Shown piece after piece: positions 63,939 through 64,000 of a stretch of DNA of 64,000 nt; position 1 is the stretch's first letter; each line of letters opens with the position of its first letter. The notes under the pieces were generated by a model. That model saw nothing but the letters and a program-made list of their open reading frames with translations, did not search any database and was not told the origin of the DNA. Source of the DNA: Alphaproteobacteria bacterium. GTDB lineage: Bacteria; Pseudomonadota; Alphaproteobacteria; Micavibrionales; Micavibrionaceae. The DNA is taken from positions 5,647 to 69,646 of the forward strand of contig JAKLKY010000004.1 in the NCBI GenBank assembly GCA_023150415.1, read 5' to 3'. A program made the position numbers and the translations under genes.

Positions 63939-64000
63939 ATGCGCATCGTGGCCGGAGAATTTGGCGGACGGCGCCTGAAAACGCCCGCGGGGCGGGATAT
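63939..64000 (+). CDS. rsmD: 16S rRNA (guanine966-N2)-methyltransferase RsmD, 5' end only
   Basis: MRIVAGEFGGRRLKTPAGRD matches the RsmD N-terminus. Truncated by the window edge. Confidence 0.5.
   Translation, partial: MRIVAGEFGGRRLKTPAGRD

Overview
This 64-kb window comes from a GC-rich, alphaproteobacterium-like chromosome. A ~59.7-kb genomic island (858-60539) sits in the 3' end of the initiator tRNA-fMet gene (60540-60616, minus strand).

Host flanks:
- Left: the 3' part of an AlkB-like dioxygenase gene and an orphan tRNA-fMet 3' half (attL, 813-857).
- Right: thiO-thiS-thiG, tadA, an rluB-like pseudouridine synthase gene and the start of rsmD.

The island is a mosaic of four parts:
1. 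A GC-rich P4-type integrase / DUF3489 module (0.9-3.7 kb). A small AT-rich orphan gene is wedged into it.
2. A ~37-kb cargo that looks AT-richer by eye and reads as an anaerobic-lifestyle kit.
   - Respiration: fused narK, narGHJI and ppiC.
   - Molybdenum cofactor (Moco) genes: moaA, a moaC-mog fusion, moaD, moaE, mobA, moeA and moeB-rhodanese.
   - O2-independent enzymes: hemN, nrdDG and ubiTUV.
   - NO defence: hmp, nsrR, ytfE, nnrS and nnrU.
   - Also present: ribBH, a bioH/bioC/thiO-like operon, two Crp/Fnr regulators and a PAS + MCP taxis pair.
3. A copper module: copA, cusCBA and a small secreted protein.
4. A P4-like replication/excision backbone and a decayed defence corner.
   - Backbone: an iteron-like repeat cluster, a Toprim + AAA_25 primase-helicase and an AlpA-like excisionase.
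   - Defence corner: two divergent unknown genes, an ApeA-NTD-like fragment abutting a metallophosphoesterase fragment, and an AbiEi/AbiEii module. Its toxin carries a WYL domain and a zinc ribbon.

Nine near-perfect FNR-type boxes (TTGAT-N4-ATCAA) occupy essentially every promoter-bearing gap of the anaerobic cargo.

All product calls rest on motif recognition by eye in the supplied ORF translations. No database search, covariance model or GC computation was run. Hand-derived coordinates for short sites may be off by 1-2 nt.
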